From IMG/VR virus record IMGVR_UViG_3300046170_000524: a DNA stretch of 64,000 bases; one strand, given 5' to 3'. Shown here one piece after another: positions 22,053 to 33,287 of this stretch. The notes beneath the pieces are model-generated. The model did no database searches, was not told the DNA's origin, and saw nothing but the letters and a program-made list of their open reading frames with translations. A program made the position numbers and the translations under genes. Source of the stretch: a virus. Numbering within the stretch: position 1 is the stretch's first letter; every line of letters starts with the position of its first letter.

Positions 22053-25000
22053 CTACTTAGTATCCTGCAGTAACCCTCCAGGTTTTTGCTCCTCAACGAT
22101 AACAGATAAAACTTGCATTTTTATTTTTTCAGTAAACTCCTTCATTCTTTCTCTTTGATCCTTGGAGTCGCCATTCCCCATCCTGAGATTGCTCTTCTGA
22201 TTTCTTACCTGATTTATCGAGGTTTAAAGTTATATTAATATTATTAGTAGATGACGAAGAACTATCCCGAGATCCACTTGAGCCATCCCCGACCAATCCG
22301 CCATCATAAAATTTACCAGCATTTATTTTATCTAATAAAGGCTTACCCATTTGCCTAACAGAATTAGCTTTTATGACATATTCTCCTTCGCTAAGCATCG
22401 CTGGAATTTGGTCGATCCCAGATTTGCCGTTAATCATGCCACCTGATGCATATTTTTTTACCGACCCCCCACTGGAGAACGGATCAATTTTGTAAGGATT
22501 AAAGCCTAACCTATTTGTCATAGAATCAAATTGAGCAGGAGCATCAAAATTAAAAGCTCCTTCTGGCATTCTACTTATGGTGTCAGCCCCTAAACCCATT
22601 TTATCACCACCGCCACCACCAAATAATCCCCCTTCAAATGCGGCATTTATCCCAAAACTCAATCCAGCAGATAATGCAGTACCCAACAGTTGATTTCTTA
22701 GAGCCTTCTTTTTCATTTTTTTCTGCAAAGCTTCCATTTTTCGCTTCTTTTCTTCTCGTAAAATCTCATTCATGGAATCAACGTCTTCTTGAATCGCGAC
22801 GCTTTCTGCTTGACCACTATAGAAGAATCCAGACATCGGCATACTTTGATAAGCTCTGCCAGAATCTACACCTTTACCAGGACCAAAATTTGCAGCCAAT
22901 GCAGACCCAGGAGCAGGACCTCCCGCAGAAAACCTTTTTACTGCCCCCACTCCGTAACTACCAAAACCGTAACTTTTATAACTTGTATCTATCGGTTTAT
23001 TTTTTATAAAATCAGGTAATAAATAATTAGGGCTACCCTTTTGCCACCACTTATTAGGCGTAGCGTAATCAAAAGGATTTACCTTAGGATTATTTATTTT
23101 ATCCGTTAAGTAATTATATTTAGCTTCAATTTTTGGGATCTCAAGAGAAGTTCTGGCATTTCTAATTTCCAAGTCTTTTTGTTTAACTAAAGACTTTCTT
23201 GTTTCTTCAAAAATATTAGCATTTTTATTCACAGGAAAGTCGGGTAAAGAAGCGGAGCCTGTTTTAATTGGCGAACTAAAAGCCTCTGCCAAGCCGATCT
23301 GAGAGCCTGACTTAATTGGCGAACTAAAAGCTTCGGCTAAACTAGTTTTTTTAATTGTTGATTGTTGTAAGTTTTTTAATTGAGCTTTTTGATATTCTTG
23401 CTGGAAAAGTTTCATATTCTTTTCGTTTTGAAAGAAATCCATCATACGATCCTTAAAATTTCTTGGAGGAAGAACGCTAAACTGAGGTTGAGGAGAGAAA
23501 AAGCTTTCTAATGAATTTACTGATCCTCCAGAATTATATTTTGGAACCTTACCTCTGGCATTTATTTGATGCATAAAATTAGAGCCGTATTTATTAACCG
23601 CCCTTCTATTCATGACATATTCTCCATTAGAAACCATAGCGGGAACACCTCCTCCATTAGAGTAATTTCTAACATTCCCTCCTGAAGATAAGCCTATTGC
23701 CCCTACAACTGTATTAGCTGCGGAAGTTAAAAACGCGCCTTGCATAGCTTGCAAAAATCCCATAGCAACACCTTGCAGCGCATCACCTAAATCTTTACTA
23801 CTATCTATCGCTGCATCCATGGCGGTCACAAGTCCATCACGAAAATGAGTTGCGGTTATTGTACCCAATTGGTAATCTAATCTGCTAGCATCATCCAACA
23901 TTTTATCAGATGCGTCAGTGAAACCACCAGAAAAAGATGCTTCATGCTTAATTTGTTCTGCAGCTATTTGTTTTTCTAGAGAAAGCTGTTTTATTTTTTG
24001 ATCAACAATAACATCATTTGTTACCCTGATTTGCTCACTTCGGTCTTCACTTTTTTGAAGTTCTACATTTAATTCTTTTTCTAGTTGAGCTTTCGTTTTA
24101 CCTTTGTCATCTTTGTAATCATCTTTTTTAGATTCTAAAGCTTTTTGCCTTTGAGTTAAATCCAATCGCTTTTCAGCTTCTTTACTTTCTTCTATTAGTT
24201 GATTTTTTCTAATTTCAGCTATTTGATAATTTAAATCTATTTCTTTTTCTCTAAATTTTATATCGTGACTCTCTTGTATTCGTTTATAATCAGGGCCATC
24301 AGAAAGAGTGCGTTGCAGTTTTGCGGTTTTCCTAGCTTCATTACTGATTTTGTCTCCTAATGCCATCGTCCTAATATAATCTTGGTGAGCTTCTTTTTGC
24401 TTCTTTATTGCATCAAGTCTATTGGCAACAAGATTATTTATCTCTTTTTCCTTGTCAGCCCTTTCTCCAGCTAACTCTTTCTCTTTTTCTGCAAGGTCAA
24501 CGGAGTTTTTCTTTGCGGTGATAAAATTTTCTATTTGTAATTTAATTTCAACACCAACCTTGAGTTGATTATATAAATTTATTAACTCTTCTTCAGTTAA
24601 TTTTGCTAACTCTTTTTCTAGCTCCATCTTTTCAGCTAGAGCTTTCTTTTCTTCGTCGCTCTTATCAGAAAAGCCCTCTTCTCTTTCAAGCAGCGCTTGC
24701 TTTAAAGCATTTTTGGTTGTATTATCTCCAGCAGCTATTCCCATAAGCTGCTCTTTCAAGAGGTTCGATGCAGAATCTTCTTTGAGAGCTAGTTGTTCAG
24801 AGGCTTTATTTAAAGCTTCTTGGTATTTAATTTCTGATTTTTGCCGTTCTGTCAAAAATTCACCGCCAAGAGAAGTTAGAGCTTTTAAATCTATTTGTTG
24901 TTTATCATATTCATCTTTTATCTTTAACTGGCTCATCGCCGCCGCTTTTTGAGCTTTTAATTGAGCTTTTTGGAGATTAAGTTGAAGAATAATCCCTGCA

Positions 25001-28000
25001 TTTTGTTTTGACAAGGATCGATTAGCTTCTTCCTCCAGCAATAGACGCTTAGCATCTATATCAGATTTAGATTTCTTAAAGTCCTCAAGAGGCAACCCTT
25101 CTATCATATTCGCATATTCCGAACCAGTAAAAATTTTATTCTTTTTATCTTCAGGATCAAGAAGATTCTGACTTATAATTTTTTGATCTGCAGGTAATTC
25201 TCTAAATAAATTTGCGAAGTTCTTTCTTTCTAATCTGGTTCTTTCATCTTTTAATGCCGCTTTCTCTAATTCCATGGCAAATTTCTTTGGATTCATATTG
25301 AAGGACTCAAATTGTTTAGATTGAAAACTAGGATACGAAGCCTTAGCGGCGACTAGAAGAGGGTCTTTTTCTTTTTTATATACAAGCCCACTTCTATTTT
25401 TGAATTCATCAATCAATCCTTGAGTTGTTTTTCGCTTGAAAGCAACTGGAGCAGCTTTAGATAGTCTATCTTTAACATCTTGATCGGAAAATTCTTTCAA
25501 TTTACCCATTTTAGCTGCTTGACTGACAACATTCATTACATCCTGATTAGAAGTTATAGAAGTAGATATACGCATAGATCTAACTCTAGCTTCTTCCTTA
25601 ATAGCTTCCTCGCTTTCATCTAAAGCTCCCGTAAGGCCAGATATTGCCCCAATTACTCCGCCGATTGCCGTACCAAGAGGTCCAAACATCATACCCATGG
25701 CAGCGCCTGTACCTGCGCCCATCAAGGCCCCACCAGCAGCATAACTTCCTCCTTGCATTCTTTGAACTCTTTCTCGCTCGGTTTCTCCTTGCCTCCCTTC
25801 TTGCAAAAAGCCAGCAATCATTGGGGCTCCCATCATCAACCCCATACCTCCAAATCCAGATAGCCCTCTTCCAACTGCATTGTTTGAAAAAGCTTGGTTA
25901 GCGTTGATAGCTTTTTGCGTTAGACCTCCAGCTCTAGCAACAACCCCCATTTTTTTAGTAGATTCTGCAGCCATTTTTGACGCATAAGCTTGATCTTGAA
26001 GATTTCTCGTTAATTGTTTTTCAACGCCTTGCAATCTTTTAGTTACATCTTTTCCAGACTTCTTTAGTTGGTTAAGTTCTTTTTGTTCTTTAAGTAATTT
26101 TTTATTTTCAACATTTAATTCTTTTTGTAATTCGGCTGCGGACTTATATTCATCTCTTCCTGCACTAAAATCAGATAAAAAGTTTGAAGCGTAATTAGGC
26201 ACATATCCTTTTGCTCCAAATACATCTTTTAATCCGTTTGGTTCGTCTCTTGTATTAGTTACTCCAAGACCGATTGGATTACCTTTATTCATTAGAGCTG
26301 GATGTGTTCCTACTCTGATTTGAGAAACGGGGAATTCCTGCGTCACGCTCTCTACCTATTGCATCAGATAATGGGTTTGCGAAATTAGGAATGTAACCGT
26401 TCAGCGTGACCTTGATAGATCTGATTTATTACCTTTCTTAGGGTATATTAGTTGCTGCAGCAGAAGTATACTTCATCTCAATAGCGCTCAGCGAATCATT
26501 ACCGACCATGAAATTACTTAAAATTCTTGCGTCTTTTCCAAGAAAATCAAAAGCAGCTTGTTCATTATCAACTTTATTACCTCCGAGCGCAGCTCGTAAA
26601 GAAGCTTCGTATAAATCCCCTAAAGCTCCAGCTCCAACATGTTTGGTTACGTCTTTTACTCCTCCAGAATTTTCACCTAATATTTTTTTTTGTAAAGTCT
26701 GTGCGAACCTAGACAAACCATTTTTTATTTCATCTGAAATAACATTTCTAACTTTTTGAGTTTCTGCGAGATTTTGATCTCTTTTAGCTGCCTCTATGTC
26801 TCCAGAAGTGATAGGATCTAGCGCTTTAGTGGGTAATGATACTTTTAGTGTTTTAGAGTTTAAATGTTTCGTTGCGGTTTTAAAATCTAAACCAGTCATT
26901 TTAGCGTAATTAGCAGCAAGTCTATCTTTTTTAGATTTTGAGTTATTCCGCTGATAGGCATACTATAACTTTTCGCGTTAAACCTTCAGGTCCGGCTCCT
27001 AAAATTACGCCCATACTTTTAATACCTGTTAGACCAAGAGGTTTTGCAAATTTATTTAAATCAATAACAGGATTACCGGTTTTTTGGTTTTCAAAAATTT
27101 TTTCTCTCGACGAGGTTTTCTTGCCCATGGTCATAGATTGAAAAGTAAAAGTATCTTCTGGATCCAGGAAATTTTTTATTAAAGTTCGGAATGTATCCTT
27201 TAGCTGCGTATGGATCAAATCCATGCACAGGAACCAAACGCTTGCTGATAATTTTTGCCTGCCTTACTAGATAAAGGAGGCATTATTGCTGGTTGACTTA
27301 ATCCTGAGAATGTTTTAACTTTTTCTGCGCTATTATAAATAACAGATCCTTCGCCAGGCATATCCATTGATCGAATACTTCCTGCGGCATATCCACCACG
27401 AGCAGCCTGTTCTCTTTCTGGGTTCGCAAAATTTGGTATATGACCGTAAGCACGGCCTCTGCGAGGTGTTAGGTTTGCTCCAAAGCCTTTCGAGTATAAT
27501 GTAGCTGCACTGCTTTTAGCGACAGAGTCGAGCATTTTTGCTTCAGCTACTTGAGCTCTTAAAAGTCCAAGAATTATTTTTTCTTTTTCTGTTCGAGAAA
27601 TGTCTGTGCGCAACATTTCTTTACTTAATTCAGAACTTCTTCCAAACAGTCCTACAAGAGATGTTTGAATTGCTTTTTGTTTCTGAGCTTCGCTAGTTAC
27701 TCCAATTAATGAAGTTAAACTTTCTTTAGCGAAACTTGCAGCTTTTAAAAATAACTTACCGAATACGGCTGTTATAATAACTAAACCTGGACCACTAATT
27801 ACATTACCCAATCCTTTTAAAAACCCATTAGCAAATTTATTCCCGCTTCCTTCTCCGTCCCCTAAAATTCCAGACAAGCCTTCTGCTCCACTTTTTACTA
27901 TATTTAAAACTTTTTCAATTCCTGGGGCAAGCATTATCTCTCCGATTTGAGCAGATACCTGTTTAATTGCCAACCCAGTTTCGGTTGCAACTGCCGCCAT

Positions 28001-29068
28001 GGTATTTCTTAATTGTTCATTTTTCTCTATAGCTTCATTTGTTGCTCCTGCAGAAATTTGAGTTGCGTTTGCAAGGATACCATTTTGTTTCGCGGCATCA
28101 CCAAGAACAGCTTTTAAAACGTTGATTTGAAAAACGCCACCGACTGTCTGAGCTATTTGCGCTTTTTGGGCCTCGGATAATGAATCAAAAGTGTTTGCGA
28201 GATCAGTTAATATTTTCTTCGCTCCAAGAGTCTTACCTTCGATATCTCTAACAGCAATTCCTAAATTCTCTAGTTGATTTAAAGTATCAGTTCTTCCGAT
28301 ACGAGTAAAAATAGTTTTAAAGGAGTTACCAATAACCTTGCCGCCTCGAGCTGTTTGTTGCTGAGCGGCAGTGACTAAGCCAATTAACTCATCAATATTG
28401 ACTCCAGCTCCTTTAGCTGCTGCACCAGTTCTAGATATAGCGTCAGCAAAATCTTCTGCGCTAACCGCAAACTTAACATCAACTGCGGCGAATTTACTTA
28501 CTAATTGAGTAGTATCCTTGATTTGATTACCATAGGTATTCATTGCGGCAGTTAATGACTTTACTGCCTCCGCAGAATCCATACCTGTTAATCGAGTAAG
28601 AATAAGAGCGTCTTTTGTTCTTTTTAAAGATTCTTCTACATTAAGGCCTTGACGAGCATACTCTGTCGCAGCGTCAGCTGCAACCTTAAATGCTGCACCA
28701 GTTTCTTTAGCTACTTTAAATAAACCATCACTAAACGCTTCAAGCTTTTGAGTGCTCAGACCCATAACAACATTAATATCCGCCAAAGATTTTTCAACTT
28801 CAACCATATTGCGAACCATTCCTTTAAATGCGTCCGCCATACCGTTGATTATTGCCATCGAAGCGCCGAAAGCTATAATACGAGCATTCGCGGCTTCCAT
28901 AGACTTACTGAATTCATCAGCAGCCCGCTTCATATTACCTAAAGGTTGGGTCGCGCCCTTATCGTCAACACTTATTTTAATAGGTTGACGCCTAATTCTG
29001 TTTACAGCAGACTGAACCGCTGCCTCAAGAGGTTGTGTATTACCGTGTACGTCAAGATTTATAGCCAT
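22053..29068 (-). CDS. Tape measure protein (~2330 aa when rejoined), with several apparent frameshifts at 26.4-27.2 kb and 22176-22179
   Basis: N-terminal TP901-type core (EKSLADINVV, EYARQGL, FKTIFTRI); GYIPNF repeats; IPAMLSEGEYVI motif; removing one C at 22176-22179 gives ...EKIKMQVLSVIVEEQKPGGLLQDTK* abutting the next ATG. Confidence 0.9.
23255..23340. repeat. In-frame 48-nt tandem duplication in TMP (LAEAFSSPIK x2)
   Basis: ttaattggcgaactaaaagc at 23264-23283 and 23312-23331. Confidence 0.9.
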
Positions 29069-29097
29069 ATTACCTTATTCCTTAATTCAGGTAATTA

Positions 29098-29102
29098 TAC
29101 AC
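29098..29102 (-). promoter_or_regulatory. GTGTA motif upstream of TMP
   Basis: TAGTGTATAAT on - strand ~30 nt upstream of ATG 29068. Confidence 0.5.
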
Positions 29103-29108
29103 TAAATA

Positions 29109-30095
29109 TTATTCTACGCCATGTAATTTCATTAAATCTTCCATATTTAAAGTGCCACCTTTTTTCTTTGCTTCTTCATGAAGGTTAATACCTCCCTTAG
29201 GTTTTTGTATACCAAGAAACTCATAATCTTCATCTTTAGCGCCGACAAGAGTACCTGCGTCCCCTTCAGATAATTTTTCCTTTACCTTATCTCTTTCTTC
29301 TTTAGAGCTACTACCAAATTCTAGTAGTTTAGCGGGATCTTGCTTTATATTTTCTGGAATATTTTCATTACTATCGAATATATTTTTAAATACTCTAGTA
29401 TAAACAATTAATCTTATTTGATTATATGTCAATGCACAAAACGGCTTTCCATAAAACTGCATACTATCTTCCGCAAAACTTAAATATGGATTATAAAATT
29501 CTTCTAATATAGTATATTGTATATTTTCTTCAGTAAAGCCCTCAAATATTTGATTATAATTAAATATATATTTTTTAATATCATGATCTTCTAATTCATC
29601 ATAAACTTCTTCACTAAATAATACTTCATTTAAATCTTTGTCTTTGTAAAAACTTTTAATCATATAAAAATCATTCATACGATCTTTTGCATATTTTTCA
29701 CAAGTATTACCAATTAACGATGCTCTCTGAGACTCTAATTCATTAAGCTCTCTAGATTCTTTATCAATCAATTCATTTTGTTTATCAATCGCATTTTTAA
29801 GAACCATCTTATCTCTACCGTCTTTTAAGCCTTTGATAAATATTTTCTTACGCTCAATGCTATCTTCATCAGAATTACTCCATTCACCTTCTTTATTCAA
29901 GAAAACAAGCATGTCACTTTCTGTGGGCACACCTCTTTTTTCGGCAATCTTAAAATACTTATATTCTATTTCCTCAAGCTCTACTTGATCGTGAGGAGTA
30001 AGATGTTTAATGTATACAAACTCTTCTTCAATAATAGAAGTAGAGTATCCACGAACTATATCTCTAAATATTTTTCTTCGTGCTACAGTTTCCAC
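29109..30095 (-). CDS. Putative tail assembly chaperone (gpT-position)
   Basis: Immediately upstream of TMP; acidic, helical. Confidence 0.55.
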   Translation of the reverse strand: METVARRKIFRDIVRGYSTSIIEEEFVYIKHLTPHDQVELEEIEYKYFKIAEKRGVPTESDMLVFLNKEGEWSNSDEDSIERKKIFIKGLKDGRDKMVLKNAIDKQNELIDKESRELNELESQRASLIGNTCEKYAKDRMNDFYMIKSFYKDKDLNEVLFSEEVYDELEDHDIKKYIFNYNQIFEGFTEENIQYTILEEFYNPYLSFAEDSMQFYGKPFCALTYNQIRLIVYTRVFKNIFDSNENIPENIKQDPAKLLEFGSSSKEERDKVKEKLSEGDAGTLVGAKDEDYEFLGIQKPKGGINLHEEAKKKGGTLNMEDLMKLHGVE

Positions 30096-30100
30096 GCATA

Positions 30101-30922
30101 TTAAACCCTACCCTCTTCAATATCTTCGTCTAGTTTAGCGAAATCAGCGGTCGATACTGCGCCAGAACTATAATACCAAAAACTAAACAATGCAGCAACT
30201 TTACCGCCAACAATATCGTAAAGCTCATCACCCTCTTCTTCTAGTTCGTAATACCTTTCAAGCTTTTGTTCAAAATCATTACCCTCAAAAAGAGGAACAA
30301 GGTCATCACTATCTTCCTTTTGGGTATATGTTAAGTGAAGGATATACCACTGAATAACTTTATTTTCTGCACGAACATCTGCAGTATGATTAAATAAATT
30401 AGAATATGAAGTTTCTACATCAACGATATTTTTCCTAAGCTCAGTAATTTCAGCGGAAATTTCATCTAACTTTTTTTGATCTTCGTCAGAGATTTTACTT
30501 TTAATTCTTACCCTTTCGCTTTCTTGAGATAATTCTCCATAGCGAATATACATTTTGGTTAAAGCTTTTGCGTCTTCTTCTGGAAGCAGTCCTCCGGTGT
30601 CACTATATTTTTTTGCGAGCATAGCTTTAGTAAGAATCCCCTTTTTAACGCACTTGCTCATTTCAACGCTAAATTCTAATTCCGCGTCTTCAATCTGCCT
30701 TCTGCTAGGTTGCTTCATGACTAACCTATAAGGAATTTTTTCTTCAACTTCTTTAGTTACGGAAACCTCCTCTTCCTCGCCTGTCTCTTGATTTTTGACT
30801 TTATTCGTTTCAGTTTTTTTAACTTTTTCTTTTTTCTCAAAAGTAAAACTATAAATTTCGCGCAGTTTTTTGCGAGTATCATTCATAGTTGGAGTCTTGT
30901 CTAGTGTTTCTGTGTTTTCCAT
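30101..30922 (-). CDS. Putative tail assembly chaperone (gpG-position)
   Basis: LVMKQPSRRQIEDAELEF pattern; synteny upstream of TMP. Confidence 0.55.
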   Translation of the reverse strand: MENTETLDKTPTMNDTRKKLREIYSFTFEKKEKVKKTETNKVKNQETGEEEEVSVTKEVEEKIPYRLVMKQPSRRQIEDAELEFSVEMSKCVKKGILTKAMLAKKYSDTGGLLPEEDAKALTKMYIRYGELSQESERVRIKSKISDEDQKKLDEISAEITELRKNIVDVETSYSNLFNHTADVRAENKVIQWYILHLTYTQKEDSDDLVPLFEGNDFEQKLERYYELEEEGDELYDIVGGKVAALFSFWYYSSGAVSTADFAKLDEDIEEGRV

Positions 30923-30928
30923 AATATT

Positions 30929-31216
30929 TTATTTAAATATAAATCCTATAGTATAATTATCTAATTCACTTTCGATATTTCTAATAGTTTCATTACCAAT
31001 ATCTAAAGTTTTTTTTCGAAGATGTTTTAATTTCTCTTCACTGAAATAATCGGCCTGGTCAACAACAGGTATACAACCCTCTGGTAGATTGTTTTTTAAT
31101 TTATCAAAATTTATTTGATGCTCTTTATGTAAATCCTCTAGAATAATCAGAAACCCCTTAAAGAGGGAAACTGTATTCCGATGGTAACATTTTTTAAAAA
31201 TGTCTTCTGCTTCCAT
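30929..31216 (-). CDS. Hypothetical protein
   Basis: 95-aa ORF heading the chaperone-TMP operon. Confidence 0.7.
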   Translation of the reverse strand: MEAEDIFKKCYHRNTVSLFKGFLIILEDLHKEHQINFDKLKNNLPEGCIPVVDQADYFSEEKLKHLRKKTLDIGNETIRNIESELDNYTIGFIFK

Positions 31217-31255
31217 ATACTTATACCTTTATTTTACCTTGTGCCTATAATGAGA

Positions 31256-31280
31256 TACACAAAAAATAATCTTTAGTGTA
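31256..31280. promoter_or_regulatory. Back-to-back TACAC...GTGTA motif pair at divergent junction
   Basis: TACAC 31256-31260 and GTGTA 31276-31280 between divergent starts 31216 and 31290. Confidence 0.6.
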
Positions 31281-31289
31281 AAACTATCT

Positions 31290-31766
31290 ATGGCAGACTT
31301 TTTATCACAAGAAGAAAAAGAAAAAATTGCAGTAAATTTACTGGATCTTCATGATACTTTTGCAAGAGATATAGTTGTTTATAAAGAAGCTAAAAAAGTA
31401 ATTATAAATACAGACCCAAACTATAACTACCTTTACGGAAGCTCTGGTAAATCAACACCTAGCGTAAAAAATGTTCCTGTTAAAAAAATATTTAAAGCAA
31501 GAATAAGATATGATACAGACAGAAACTTGGAGTACTTCGGAGAGACTGGAACTCAGATAAAAGTAAATCGCCCTGATCCAAACAGCACAGTAAGAATTAA
31601 ATTAAAGCTCGAAGATTATGAATTTATAAAAGAAGCTAAAAGAGTTGAATTAGATGGAAGAATGTTTCACGTTGAATCAGATCCTAGGCCTCATGGATTA
31701 TTTGACTCTATTCAGTTTATAACTCTTTTCCTCAAACCAATAGAAGCTAATGGTAAAACGTCTTGA
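31290..31766 (+). CDS. Putative head-tail joining/closure protein
   Basis: Beta-rich; DTFARDIVVYK, FKARIRY, RVELDGRMFHV; first of a three-gene block before the tube gene. Confidence 0.5.
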   Translation: MADFLSQEEKEKIAVNLLDLHDTFARDIVVYKEAKKVIINTDPNYNYLYGSSGKSTPSVKNVPVKKIFKARIRYDTDRNLEYFGETGTQIKVNRPDPNSTVRIKLKLEDYEFIKEAKRVELDGRMFHVESDPRPHGLFDSIQFITLFLKPIEANGKTS

Positions 31767-32373
31767 TAGATCTATAAAACTTGCAATAAATAAGCAAATA
31801 AAAAACGACAGAGATCTTAATTCTCAAGCTCGATTAATTATTGAAAAACAATTTAGAGTTATTAAACAAAAGATGCTTTCAGAATTTGAATCTCATCCGG
31901 TAACACGAGAATTGAAAGCGGGCTCGGCATCTTCAAATATAACAAATTCCTTAGATGAAGGTAATCTATATGGCTTCATTGGTTTTGAGGCTGGGTCAGA
32001 TCCCACAGAGGACATATTTTTCTTGCTTCAAAAAACAAATATTTTTATAAAAAAAAGAATGATGGGAAGAATGGGTTTTATATGGACTTACATGATAACC
32101 TCTCCTTCTTTAAGGGATTTATACAAAGTGACCCCCATGCCATGGGCTAAAGGTTATAGTTGGCTACAAGAGCTTGAGGGTAGAGGTATACCAAATATAG
32201 GTCAGTACATGTATAAACAAATAAATTCAAGCAGATCGCAAGCAGGTTTTCAAAGCAAAAATAGATCAAGCGGAGGATCATTAAAAATTCCTTATGTAAA
32301 AAAAATGCTATTAGATTTTGAAAATAAGTTGAATGCAATCGAAGCTTCTAGAGTATCAGCTAAAAACTTTTAA
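31750..32373 (+). CDS. Putative neck/tail completion protein
   Basis: Synteny; GNLYGFIGF motif. Confidence 0.45.
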   Translation: MVKRLDRSIKLAINKQIKNDRDLNSQARLIIEKQFRVIKQKMLSEFESHPVTRELKAGSASSNITNSLDEGNLYGFIGFEAGSDPTEDIFFLLQKTNIFIKKRMMGRMGFIWTYMITSPSLRDLYKVTPMPWAKGYSWLQELEGRGIPNIGQYMYKQINSSRSQAGFQSKNRSSGGSLKIPYVKKMLLDFENKLNAIEASRVSAKNF

Positions 32374-32375
32374 AA

Positions 32376-33224
32376 ATGAAACCCCAGTTCCAGCACGAAT
32401 TAACTACAAGCTTTATGCTTTGGGCCGATAATTTTATAACAAACACGGCAGAAGCTTACCAGAATTATACATCTCCACTATATCCAATGGATGCAGATGA
32501 CCAATTAGGGGAGGATTTTGTGACATATAGTAGCCCTCATAAGCAATGGGTTTTCGATGAAAGCGTAGAGGGAGCGCAAATACCAAGCGGAATTTACAAT
32601 AACGGAGAATTTATAAAAAGAGGGGATAGCGGCTTAATATTAGATTTTGATGATGGACGAGTAATATTAGATTCTTCTTTTGGGGCAAACAATATGACAT
32701 TAAGCGGACAATATTCTGTAAAAGAATTTAATTTCTACATAACCAATCAAACAGAAGAGCAGTTAATAATAGACAGTAAATTTGACTCAAACGGAAGATT
32801 TAAGCAAGAATTATCTGGCATCGCTCCACATAAACAAGTGATACCTGCGATCTTTGTTAATCCAGAATTAGTTCAAAATGAAGCATTTGCATTTGGAGGA
32901 GAAGACAAAACAACAACAAATATAAGATGTGTAGTTTTCGCAGAAAACACTTTTCAGCTAGATGGAGCTCTATCTGTTTTCACAGATTCAAAAAACGAAG
33001 TATTCTCTAAGCTTGATTTTTCAGATTATCCATTAAATGAATTCGGAGATGTAACAGGATTTAATTATAAAACTGTAGCGACAGAAAAAAAATCAAGACT
33101 CTTTCACATAGAAGACGTCAGGGCATCTAAGCTAAGCGATCGCGTAAGTAAAAACATAGATCAATCATTATTTATTGGTTTTTTGGATTTTGAAGTTACT
33201 AATTTAAGATTTCCTAGACAATAA
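32376..33224 (+). CDS. Putative tail terminator
   Basis: Directly upstream of tube gene; PAIFV...FAFGGED...NIRCVVFA. Confidence 0.5.
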   Translation: MKPQFQHELTTSFMLWADNFITNTAEAYQNYTSPLYPMDADDQLGEDFVTYSSPHKQWVFDESVEGAQIPSGIYNNGEFIKRGDSGLILDFDDGRVILDSSFGANNMTLSGQYSVKEFNFYITNQTEEQLIIDSKFDSNGRFKQELSGIAPHKQVIPAIFVNPELVQNEAFAFGGEDKTTTNIRCVVFAENTFQLDGALSVFTDSKNEVFSKLDFSDYPLNEFGDVTGFNYKTVATEKKSRLFHIEDVRASKLSDRVSKNIDQSLFIGFLDFEVTNLRFPRQ

Positions 33225-33287
33225 AGTTCCCTTTATAACATAAAAAATGTAATTTTAAACAGAAATTTAACCTTATATCAAAATATC

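Noticed and set aside
23255-23340. Direct repeat as possible CRISPR mini-array
   Set aside because: Only two copies, a 48-nt in-frame period inside the TMP, no palindrome, no cas genes
26400-27230. Intron or IS element in TMP
   Set aside because: No terminal repeats, transposase or intron core seen; coding sense continues across frame switches
3385-29068. Alternative genetic code explaining broken ORFs
   Set aside because: Breaks are frame changes, not in-frame stops; TAA, TAG and TGA all terminate genes and very long ORFs are intact in code 11
29109-30922. Programmed G/GT frameshift in tail chaperones
   Set aside because: Two full-length ORFs separated by a stop and 5 nt, with a usable GTG start; no slippery heptamer seen at the junction
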